This document shows, one piece after another, positions 36,101 through 47,642 of a stretch of 64,000 nt of DNA. The stretch lies in NCBI GenBank assembly GCA_040954595.2, contig CM082584.2, positions 12,492,875 to 12,556,874 of the forward strand. Direction: 5' to 3'. How positions within the stretch are numbered: position 1 is the first letter of the stretch; each line of letters begins with the position of its first letter. The DNA is from Balanoglossus misakiensis. Its lineage: Eukaryota; Animalia; Hemichordata. Made by a program: the position numbers and the translations under genes. A model generated the notes under the pieces. It ran no database searches, had not been told where the DNA came from, and saw only the letters and a list, made by a program, of their open reading frames with translations.

Positions 36101-39100
36101 GGGAAAGTTCCCGCACTAGTTGTAGCAGTGTTGTAGCAGAGATGTTACGGCAACACCTCTATTGTTGGTTAATTGATGTTTTTTGTCTTAGTTTACGGCA
36201 ACTACAAAGGTTCCCGTAGTTTGAAACAAAAGAATGTGTGCTCCATTACGGCAATTTGGGGCAGGTGTTACGGCAAGAAGGGCTAATGGGGAGGTGATTA
36301 TCACCTGATGTGAACAATAGTTGTAGCAATGTCTATGTGTGATAATGAGCTCCGCCCATGTGGATTTTTGCTTGGTTGCGGGCAATTAATGTCCTGGCCT
36401 CACTAAGCAAATGCATTCCTTGCAAATCTTGACAGTGGGAAAGTCAGTTGTCAACCTTACCTAATATTTCCCCTGTCTCAGTAGCTTTACATAGCTAGCT
36501 GACCGACTGCAAAGTTTTGTGTTGTGACTTATGCAGAACGCAAGCGGTTCTAAAAATAAACTTCCATAACACTTGGCGGTAAGTTGGCAGAGTATTGACT
36601 AATATGTTGCAATTGACGTACATTTTGTGACAACTAGGGCAAGGCCAACAACCTAATCAGGATATGCAAATTAGGTAAAGACGCACTCAAAACAGCAAGG
36701 GACGCAATTTGTGGTTTCATTGCTTCCCCAGAGACTTGGGTAATAAAAAGCAAGCGCGACCACTGATAAAAGACAGCTGAATTCACAGCATCCATTACGG
36801 CCTACCGTTCACCATACAATACACGTCTTACTGTGTAGTGGGAGGTCAAAATGTTTTTTTTTCATCAACTTGAACTCAGTATTATTCAACAAAAACATCT
36901 GCAAAAGATCCACTGTAAAAATCTAGCCGGATTCGACTTGCCACTTGCTTCAAATAGAAGTCCAAATATTTCTCTAGGCACATGTGTGTTCACAATATTT
37001 CAAATGAAAAAAGTATAAAGAACACTAGCTTCCATTTAGGTTTACAGTCAAACAATGAATGGGGTGATAGACTGCCGATTGTCTTTACTTTCAAGTTGGA
37101 GGACACATCCCTTGGGAAACATTAACAGAGAACGTAGGTACGGGCACCAGAAATTGACCAGTGGCCTTACTTTAATATTGGTGGTTAAGATATGACAGTG
37201 TGGGCCCGCCCTGCCCCCGCGGCCCATTACCTGGCAAGAACAATGTGCAACTGACAACGCCAAGTCTCAAATTACATTACATTGCATATTATTGAAATAT
37301 GTATTCTTGATAAATTGTCTTTATTGTTGTGTTTATTTGTGTGTGAGAGAAAAAGAGCCGGCCTAGTACCGCAAGATGTGTTGTGCGGGTCAGGTTATTT
37401 GCTTGGCGCTAGCTTTTCAACGCTGTATTTTCTTGCCTACATGAATTTGTATTTCCTGCCTTGAGTGGGTCTTTTCGTCCAAATTTTATAGTTCTCAATG
37501 AGCGCGAGCGTACACAACAGAATGGGGGCAGTGCTGTATATTATTCGTCCGGATATACTGTAAAGACGGCTCATTGAATGTATTTTATCAGACGCGGACT
37601 TGCCGGTCAAGAGACGTAGCCAGACAATGATAGACAGGCAAATTGTATCAAAGTTCTGCCCACGCGCACGTGGCTTGCTTAGACGTAAACAAATTGCGTG
37701 ACTGTATAATGAGTAAACACGATAGGGGAACTTTCCGATCCCAGGAAAATGGCAGCGCAATATCAGCACATTGAATCACTTGCCGATCCAATCAGTTCCA
37801 TTCTCACACTATCGAACTTCTCTTTTTATCATGTCTCTTTCCAAAGTTTGTCATTGCACTGGTGAAAACAAACGTTTGTTTTCTGCCTGTTTTTAACATC
37901 TTCCCAGACTAATCACATGGGTAAACGTTGTAATCTCCGCTATCGGGGAATAAACCTGTGTTTACAAGTGGCATCAACTTGCAAATGAAACATTTTGTCA
38001 TTTAGAAGTTTTCCAGTAAAAATAGAGGGGGCGGGCGTACTCCATCACAAGCACAGGTCGGCCAGTATTTTAATGTGCAGGTCGGCCCGGTGCGGAACAC
38101 GGGTTGTTTTGCATATCATGCATGAATGGATAGAATTTGCGTGCAAAATAAACTTTTGCCAGATACACAACCTGTGCATACTACGTATGCACGTACGTCT
38201 GTAAATCCACCTTGGCGGAAGGATGAATCAAACGTATTAATAAAGTTGGCCCAGCTGATACGAATCGAGTCTTGCTTTGCTCAAATATATTCTGCGATAA
38301 TTGCTGTGATTAGCGGTTTGTCATTTCCAGATGCAAGGTAGTAGACAGGTGGCTTACCACCAGGTTAAAAGAAAGGTGCGTGGACAATCAATCACTCCCC
38401 TTGTATAAATGTACATAATCCCATCTTAGCAGTTTGTCCTGGTTGAAATTCGGCGACAACCATGACAATGAGTGTATGTAAAATGCGCTCAAGGTCTGTC
38501 TGTAAAAAACAAGGTCAAATGTGGAACAGCTTCAGTCCGTCCGCGACGCGAAACACCCGACATTGTAATATCCGAGTCAGATTCGGAGAATGAACCAAAA
38601 CAACTCAACAATTCCGGTAGAGAAAGGGCATGATTTCCATGATGCCGGTGCATCATTTTGTTCAGAAATCTACACGCAAATTAATTTTATTAAACAGTTA
38701 AATGAAACAAAAAATAAAAATAAATGTATCAATGTGTGTGCGTGGGTCAACAATTTAACTGGCTCAATCAATCTGATTGATAGACCCCGCAGCAAAGTGT
38801 ATCAACCTTGTTCAACAAACAAATTGCGTGAATATATAATGAGTAAACATGTAGGTCATTCATCCCAAACCGGCCAACTAATTGCTGCCAGTCACTTCCC
38901 GTCATGTTCAAGCGCTGCCCGTCGAAAAACGAGTGTATCCATTGCCGTAATAATAGAATATTGAAATAATACAGACCATTACTACTTATGAAACCCTTCA
39001 AAATTATAGTCAAGAAGACTCTCACAACGTGTCTGTTCTAAAGATCAAACTGCAGCTGATCGTGGTACTACAGGCCAACATTATCTTGTAAACAAGCCGT

Positions 39101-42100
39101 ACTATTTGTTATCATGGGGGGGGGGGGGGGCAAGGGTAAAAAAATGAAAGCCATTGTCTTTTAAGCTAAACCCAATTGTGAAATGCATCAGTGTGTTTGA
39201 TTTTCCATTGGTCATGCTTTGTCTCTCTCAAATATTAATTGGTCCAGCTCCTTGAAAGAAAAGAAACCCCAGCAAAGCATGTGCATTCTACAACACTGGG
39301 GTAGGGATGTGTTGACCTCTGTTCATGTCCACAGACTGTTCTGTTACCAAGAGAGTTCAGACTTTGTCTATGAACATAACATCATGAACATAACATCGAT
39401 CCAAAACTGACTTCATTGGTATTTGATGTCAGCCCTTTGCCATTTTATTTTTAGACAGAGCTTCTTTTGTAAACTTTGTGATACAATGTTGCAGTGACCT
39501 GTTGCAAAAATGTTGCACTCTAGTTCTAGACCTGTCAATCACTCTAGTTGTAGCAAAATAATCAACACCTTGAACAAAAGGCATCACTCTGTGGGGGCTA
39601 ATTGACAGGTGTTGCAGCAGTATTTACGGGTAGAGGTGTTAAGCTTCCCTTGTTAATGGCTTGCCGTAAAGGAGTTGCCGTAGTTTTTACGGAAATGTAA
39701 CAAAAGGAAATGGGCCTCAGACAATTGTTGCAGCAAACTCTGCTACAACTAACAATAGTTCCCGTAGGGGTTCCCGTAGTTCCCGTAGGGTTGACGTACT
39801 ACTTGCCGTATTCAGAAATATACAAATAGTTGTTATGTTCTGTTGGGACTGTAGATTCAGTGTCGCAACCATCCCATTAAAAAACCCAGTGCGAGTAAAA
39901 CACCTCTGGTGTGCATGAACTTCATTTCTGGTTCAGGTATCAGGATATCACTTGAGGGTTTGAGTGGTGCGTGTTACAACTGCTGTATTGTTTCAGAATT
40001 TTTAAAGTCATTCATTCCCATCATGATAAAAATGAGAGTCACGTTTTTCTGATGATTCTCTCTCCAGGTGTTTGACTTGTGGTGGAAGTACAGAGACGCA
40101 GTGTCGAACATGTAATGGCAGGAAAATCTTGAAATCCACGACAGTAGTTCTAGTCAAGTTGTGAGTATTAATTTTGGATAATTTTTGCACTTATCTCATT
40201 TGTTTTCATCAAATGAGGGGTGTCAAGAGAAATCCATAGTCATATAAAACTCTTTAAACATTTTCATTATTTTTTTTTTTTTTTTGGGGGGGGGGGTACA
40301 TCCAATGTTTCTATTCAATAAATTTCTCAGAGGAATTAAAAATAATAATACAGTAGTCATGCGCATTTTGTTTGCAACTCTATCAGTGAGATTTTTATTG
40401 CAGTGCATTTCTTTCTGAACACAACCGACTCTCTCACGTCAATATATGAACTGTTTGTTATGCTTCCTAGCACCGGAGATTAAAATGTTGATACAATTCG
40501 TACACATGAGGGTTCAACATAAGCTGATTGAATTTCAAGGTGGTTGGGGTTCAGAAAAATTAATGGAGTCAATATTTCTTCCTGCTAGGCATGTCCAAAC
40601 TTTTATTTACCCCTCAGGAAACAAAAAATCTTTTAGGTGAATATCAGCCTATGCTTTTCACAAGATATGACACTCCATGTAGATATTAATTGTAAATGGG
40701 GACAGGGCCCTTGGTCAGACCGTGGAGCCCTCAGCAGGAAAAATGTGATGAGAAGTTAATTGTGTCCTAGAGACTTCTCGGGTGATCGCAAGCAGCAGTA
40801 TTCATGTAGAGTATACCCAGGGCTCTCCCTCCCCCCAGAGCAAGGCAGGGTTTCTAGGAAAGAGAGACAATAATTCCATCTACATCATGTCAAGTCATTT
40901 TGAGAATTTAGGTCATGAATTTGTCACCAGGCCAGGCAGAGTGAAGTATTTGTTCTACAGCATTGTCACTGCTGCTGTTTCTGATTTTGACTTATTGTTT
41001 TAGACTTGTTCTATTTCATACTGTTACATCTGCTCATGGAGCTTTAATGACAATCCTTTTCTATTTGATTTAGTGGAATGCGTCATCATAAAATCAGATG
41101 CAAACTCAGAAAGATGAATCGTATGATCAATTTTCAATGCCAGACACTCTGGAGAATAACAACTCAATATAGTTTCTTTGTGTACTTTTACCGTTTCATA
41201 AAAAATTAATACAGCCGGCAGATAATAAGCGACTACATTGTGGAGAGCATGAAAACTGATGTTCCTAAAGAATCGTTTGCACACGTTACAGGAGTCACGG
41301 TTTTGGAGGACATAGGAGACACGGTAAGAGAATTTCAACTGGTATGGGAAAATTGTTTAGAACACAGTTTAAATAGTTTTATCGTCTGCAAGATGAAAAG
41401 TAATATTCGACATCATAGAATTGATAAGATATTTACCCTGTTTGCTATTGCGGCGACGGCGATGTTATCCATGAATTTTTTCAATTTGATGAAAGCCAGT
41501 GCTTGTACATTATATAGACCTGTCAATTTATAGAACACAATGAAAACATATCGTAATTGTGAAGAAAAAAATTATTTTTTTAGTAACTCATGTTTAATTG
41601 ATAAGTCTGCAGGGTACATTCTTTGTATGGGGAAATAGCCAGTGATTGAATTGAACTTTGAAATTTATGATTTTTGTGTCATCAAACAGACTAAGATACT
41701 TATAAGAATGATATAAAATGACAAGCCCAGTGGGCAAATACGGATAAATTATGAATTTGATCTTTCCAAGGATAGAAAAAATTGCCAGTGGGGGTGATTG
41801 CTTCGGATGTGATCCGAGCAAACAGGCCAGAAGCCGCTTAGACGGAAAAAAGTTCATATGTCCGGAACAGAAAGGAAATATGATTGTACGTGTTTATACG
41901 ACTTGGCAGTTTGATGTCATGCGGATTCGTTGGGTGTATAAAATGCTTATATTCTTTACTGAGACTTGTAGTCCCTGCCTGCACAGGGCTTAATTGCTAA
42001 TTATATTGAACTATTCAGGAAATATCTGCAACAGTTTGAAATAAGTGTCTTGAGTTTCAGGAAAGGCTAATTATCAGAACCAGGTCGCTGTGCAGAGCCA

Positions 42101-42782
42101 TGTCAGACTACATCCAAGCTTGCTCTGGTTGTCTGTGTAATGAAAAACCGCTCTTTTTCTCCTAGGTGAACCCAATCACCGATTACCATGACAGTCGAGT
42201 GAAGAACAAGTCAAAAGAACTGGTGACAGCTCATCAGCAAATGGCGCGGAGTAAATTAATGGTGATCAGACATCAGGTATGGACACTGTATGAGCAGATA
42301 TCAATTCTTAAGGCAAGAGACATGAATGATGCCAACGATCACGACAAATAGACGTTGAAGAGAAGTGAATAAGTGTGCTCATTTACATTGTACTTCCGAT
42401 CACTTGGAATGGTGACTGAAATAAATATATTGGTGCAGATTCTCCAAATTATGGAGAAATTAATCAAAGATCTTCTGGTATCAGTGAAATGCAGTAGAAT
42501 ATTCTCCAGAAATAAAGAGCAACAATATACTGTTTTAGCAATAACAAAAATGTTCCTTCATAACTTTACGCAGTGTAGAGACCTTGTCATATGAAACTCT
42601 GAAATTTTTTGTTTCTCTTTCTTCTCTGACAGAAGCAATCTGTGCAGGTTGTGCCTGTGAATGAAATTCATTGGACGTGGGAGAGCAAGGCGGACAGATT
42701 CTGGATTTACGGAGATGAACGGAAAGTCTACTTCCCATCATACCCTCAGAACACGTTCTTCGGACTCTGCAGTCTTCTCTAA
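33117..42782 (+). CDS. SSUH2: Protein SSUH2 homolog (DnaJ-type CxxCxGxG zinc-finger repeats); exons approx. 33117-33201, 33676-33912, 34060-34149, 34316-34445, 34698-34758, 34879-35067, 35253-35351, 40068-40160, 41215-41322, 42166-42276, 42633-42782
   Basis: IKDALLQHVTEKCCYG; YRLVSFTEQRE; PPPAIWDI...VPYSGEVKPCYRCHGVG; several CxxCxGxG repeats; IRHQKQSVQVVPV; FWIYGDERKVYFPSYP; C-terminal CSLL-stop. Splice phases consistent where checked. Confidence 0.92.
36068..39851. mobile_element. Non-autonomous DNA transposon (TA target duplication, CAGT termini; Tc1/mariner-like signature) in an SSUH2 intron
   Basis: Left TA|CAGTCCCAACAccgtacAACAACTA; right TAGTTGTTatgttcTGTTGGGACTG|TA. Both ~300-bp ends share short motifs (TACGGGAA/TTCCCGTA, TTACGGCAA/TTGCCGTA, GTTGTAGCAGAG/CTCTGCTACAAC, AACACCTCTA/TAGAGGTGTT). 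No transposase ORF seen. Confidence 0.8.
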
Positions 42783-42825
42783 GGTCAGAGGTCAAAAACT
42801 TGTCTGTCTCTGAGGTCAGAGGTCA
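42782..42825 (+). promoter_or_regulatory. Two perfect DR1 nuclear-receptor-type motifs at the SSUH2 stop codon
   Basis: AGGTCA-G-AGGTCA at 42782-42794 and 42813-42825. Confidence 0.35.
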
Positions 42826-45106
42826 AAATCCTGGCTATGGAAGTTAAACAGTTCAGTGTTTACTAAGTTTTGCCGCTGTTAATGACACACGCACTGCCAT
42901 TATCCCCTCAGGCAGAATTATGAGAAATTGAAAGTTATTGCAAGACAATCAAACAAGATTGATTACACAATCTTTGTGCTATATGATATTGCAACTCTTT
43001 TTCTAACGTCAAATTAGTGTCTCTATAACTTGTGATTTTACACTTTGCCATAAAATTCACTGTAAGTTAACTTTGTGAGTAAGTTTACTTTCGTAGGAGA
43101 AATGTTTTATTCATATTACTATAGACATATATTGTGTGCATAGAATACATCAGTGGCAATGTTAATACTACCATGGCCATCAATCCTCAGGGGTGTAGAT
43201 CGCATTTGCAATATTTTGGTTTTCTTTGAGAACATTTTTTCTGCGATTTAGGTTCTAGAGGCCATTCACAGCTAGATAGGATAAATGATGTTATCAATTT
43301 TGCCTACTATTTGCCATTATGAATTGTTGTATGTATCCCAATTATACTTCATACTATACTTGCATATGTCACACTAAATCTAAAAATTGTGATTAAATTA
43401 AGAAGCAGGTTGTCACATTTTGGTTGATTATTTTTTATACAAATTGTCTAGGCTTTAAGTGAATTGCATTTTTAGGCAATGGGTTTTTGTAAAACTTTTA
43501 AAAATATCTTGAGGAAAATTGCCACTGATTAACATAGTTTTTTTTTCAAGAATAACAACTTACTATCTTGTAATTGATGAAAATGTCAAGAATTTAAAAA
43601 ACTATTGAAATGATGAATATCCTACTCTCTAACTTCAATCAATGAATGCTCAATTCTTAATAAGATCTTATAGAAATCGACTCTTAATTACACATTTATG
43701 ATTGTTTTGGATCAATCGGAAAATGTCTCCTATCTATCGCTTGTATTTACAAAGAAAATTCCACCATTGAACTCACAAGTAATTCTTTCACTTTGTGAAA
43801 TTAGTTGTTCAGTATTTACACTTTTAAACTAATTGTGTAGTAGTAGAATAGAAGAAAAAAATGTTAGCTTCATTTCAATAGTAAAGCATAACCTTGGCAG
43901 CAGTGTAGACCAGTATTGTCATGCTGGTGTCATGATTAAATAATAAAGAATTAAAGACAAAAAATATGTATATATTGTCATTTCTTGTTACCATTTTCAC
44001 GTTTCACAACCATGTCTTTGCCTTTCTATATACGCCTCCTTCCAAAACATGGCATCATCTACAAGCTCTTTTCCCTTCAGAACCATGCTGTTCGTGTCTG
44101 ATCTTTCACCAAGACTTATAAACCAGTACCACACTGCACGTCTGTGAATCTGATGCCTGAAAGATAAACACGTCGACTGATAATAATCGCGGTTCTTTAC
44201 TTTCTCACTTCCGCCTACTAGCAGGCTAATATGAGGTGTAATGCGGATAAACCAACATCGCTAACCACACGTTCGAAATGAGACTCCATACTCTGTCACG
44301 AAAATGAATACCACCTATGATTACGAAGACTTTATCTCGCCTGAAGCCTTGTAATTTCTGTGACTCAGTGGTCGATTCTTATTCCTGGGCATGTTAGACT
44401 AAACATTCATTCGTGATGACTTGGCTATACACAAGATGGCTTCCTATTTTTTTTTATACTTTTAACTCATCTTTCGTTCAGGGCACATAGTTTTGACATT
44501 TCACGAAACCCAACGATACCGTATTCATGTTGGTGCCACAGGCGCTTAATATGATTGCTCTGTGAAAAACACACGCAGCTGTCGAATCGACAACACTTCC
44601 TTTCACGCTAATCACACCCAAACTTCAAGTAGCTTCGTGACGCATTTCGTGGTGCACTTTCTGCGGAGCATTAAACTGCAAAAAGTTCTTGCTCTGAAAG
44701 TGTTTCACAACTTTCGTAAAAGCCCAAGGGGGTCAATATTGCTTCCAACGTAGTTGGATAGCGCGACTTTTTCTGCTTCGGCGTTGTTCCCGCTGTTCGT
44801 TTCCGGCAGACCCTGTCAACTAATACATCATACCGAGTGCCCCTCGCTCACCTGGTCCTGGGGTACAACGAAGAGTCCCTCACACACGTGACAGCATAGA
44901 GTGGCAATTGTCTGTCCTTCAACTGACCGTGAGATAAATACACAGGAAGAAGCACAAACCGTCTTTCTCAGAATGACAGCCCTGACGACTTCCTCTTTGA
45001 AAGATTCTAATGTCATCACTGCAGTCGGATTTCGTGGAAATGAACTTGGAGCAAGAGGGTCAAATCACACTACGATAGTTGCATTGTGGGTAAGAAGTCA
45101 ACATCA

Positions 45107-45107
45107 A

Positions 45108-45149
<42 letters not shown>

Positions 45150-45245
45150 GTCTGTCTGTCTGTGTATTTATCTATGTATCTATCCATAGTATCTAGCTAA
45201 CTATCTTTCTATCAATTTATTTATTTATTTATTTATTATTTATCT
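45107..45245. repeat. Compound microsatellite (CTAT)n(CTGT)n...(TTTA)n
   Basis: About 10 CTAT units, then CTGT units and degenerate TTTA units. Confidence 0.95.
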
Positions 45246-47642
45246 ATGTAATATTTGTTATTTGTGATATGTGCAATACTACAAACAGGAGTGCAATTGA
45301 AAATCTTACACAGTAACATTTTGAGAAAGTATTACTGTTTAAATATTTGATGGATGCTGAGTTACTATATTTCTTGGGTTTCTGATCTTCTTGTTTGCGT
45401 CAGAAGTAAATGGCAAGCTGGATTATTGATAAAACTAGACTTTTTCGGCAATTAATATTTCATGGAGTCTTCTAAAGAAGCATTTGTGCGATCCCTCGTC
45501 AAAGTACCCTTTTAAGAAATTGCGTCAATAATATGAAGGAACCCCGATTGCCCTACGCGCGATGCAAAAGGATTTTAGGGTGCCTTGGACCCCGCGGTGA
45601 GCATGCGCAGTGGTCAAGGAAATTTGACCTATTCATTTAAAGGATAATGCTCGCAACATGGTCTTCACCGAGCTCGCAAAGAGTGTTGGCCTTGGAAGTA
45701 ATTGAAGCAGCAGGATATAATAGCAAGCAAGATTATCCTCGGTACAAAGAAGAAGGCATTAAATGTAAGAACACTGCTCAGTAAGAACCCCGATGGGGAG
45801 TAACGAAGAAACAATGGAAAATGTACCATCGGTGTATCAAAAGGCGGATTAACTTTGCAATTTCCAGATCAGAATCATTCAATTCATTTGATCATTATAA
45901 GGGAGGGTCAAGTTGTTTTTAATGCGCTATATGTATCACTCTCAGTAGGTTAGCTATGGGCGTTGATTGGACTAGTTCAATACCGCACAGCTGCTTGAAA
46001 TCTTAGAGTTTCTAAAATACTCTGTTGGGGCAATCAGCAGGAGATGGGTTACACTTAGGGGTGACATTTACCAGTGTGATGCGGATATGTGACTGTTACA
46101 GTATCAAGTTTCCTCTTTGTTAGTGATGCTAACTGTGTCTTAGCACCACACCTGATCTTTTACATGTAAAGACCCCCCTGGGAACAGAAAAGTACTGTCC
46201 CGAGGAGATGGCTGCGATAAACAAGTCTCACTAAGGCAGCTTATGAGGTTCGGCACAACATATTTTTTCATCGCAAATTGTTAGGCCAAACAATATCTGA
46301 AATTTCCCTAACCACATTGGGCGTAAATATTTTTTTTCCTGGAACATTGATGTACATTCCCAGAACCATATTGTTTCGGTAAACATCCAAGTTAAAATAA
46401 TTTGTAATCGAACCGACATGCTGCTTAAAGTTGATACACAAACACCATTCAGTTTGTTCGGATTAGGAATCATTATAAAATATATGCGGTGCGCATACCC
46501 TTAATAGGTTATCCTCCGGGCAAGTTAAAATAATTATTTTTCTGTCACCTTAATTTTCTCGGTGATTCTTAACTCCCAAGCGTCTACGTGTTTACCCATC
46601 GGCGCGACATGGCTTTGCACATATGCTGCAATCATCTCAAGTATTGTCCTACCAGATAATCGTCACCAGTAGCAACTTTAGACGCAATGATCATGATCTC
46701 CAATTCAGCGTGGTCTTATAATGAGTCTATGGCGTCTTGCTATGACGCATTTTAAAATGTCAAGTACGTTTTCATTTGCAATGGTTTGCGATTTAGAGAC
46801 GGAACAGAAACTCAAAAACGCTCAAGTGTCACAATCGGCAAAGACCTATTTTCCACATCCGGTTTTAGGCACAGTTCATCAATATATTTATCACAATATA
46901 CTTTCGGATTTGACGTTCGTCCTAAAATCTCTTTTAAAGAAAGGAGAGGGTTTCGTTCAATCGATATCATTGCCAACGCATTTCAGCTGAAATCGTCGGT
47001 ACTATAGTGACATGCATGTTTTATTTTCTTCTATAAGTAACTAGGCAACTGCGATGAACCGGTTAAATTATCGAAAGAGCAGGTAAGACAGAAGCAAGCA
47101 TCCAAGGGATCGCCGACATTTCTTAATTCACCTCCACAAATCCAATGCGTGCACGTGTTTATGGTGTTCCTATCCGGCGGACAGTCTGATCACAAGCATG
47201 CATCATTAAACAGTGTCTCCTGAACAATGGCTGGATGTCCTTTAAAAATTCAACGACATTACACATGTGACACCCGTGGCACATATTCGATGATTTTTTT
47301 TTCTGCAGTGTCTGGTGTCTTGCGAAAATCACCGGGACAAACATTATCACTCAAGGTAAGCAAATTACCAGATCTAGGAAACGGGTAATAAAATGAAAAG
47401 TATAATACGACCAGCAATCTTTAATAACTGTTAAGTGGTGGTAGTTCCAGGTGCCCGGAATGAGTAAGCACATCCTGCATGCTGCACCTGTCAAGATTAA
47501 CCCAAGGTGATAAATTTGGTGTATTTTGGTTAATGATCAACTTGCTTTTGTCGGATCAAGAAGAGCTCACCACTTGAGTAACAGGCATGTATGGCGACCA
47601 AGGAGGCTCATAGAACGATATACATCTATACAAATTACACCC

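Noticed and set aside
36400-39500. Transposase gene inside the TIR element
   Set aside because: Longest ORF is ~124 aa with no DDE/D or helix-turn-helix motif.
44020-45100. Possible gene or pseudogene fragments between SSUH2 and the satellite
   Set aside because: Short ORFs and splice-like sites exist, but I could not recognise a protein family or build a consistent exon chain; BLASTX would be needed.
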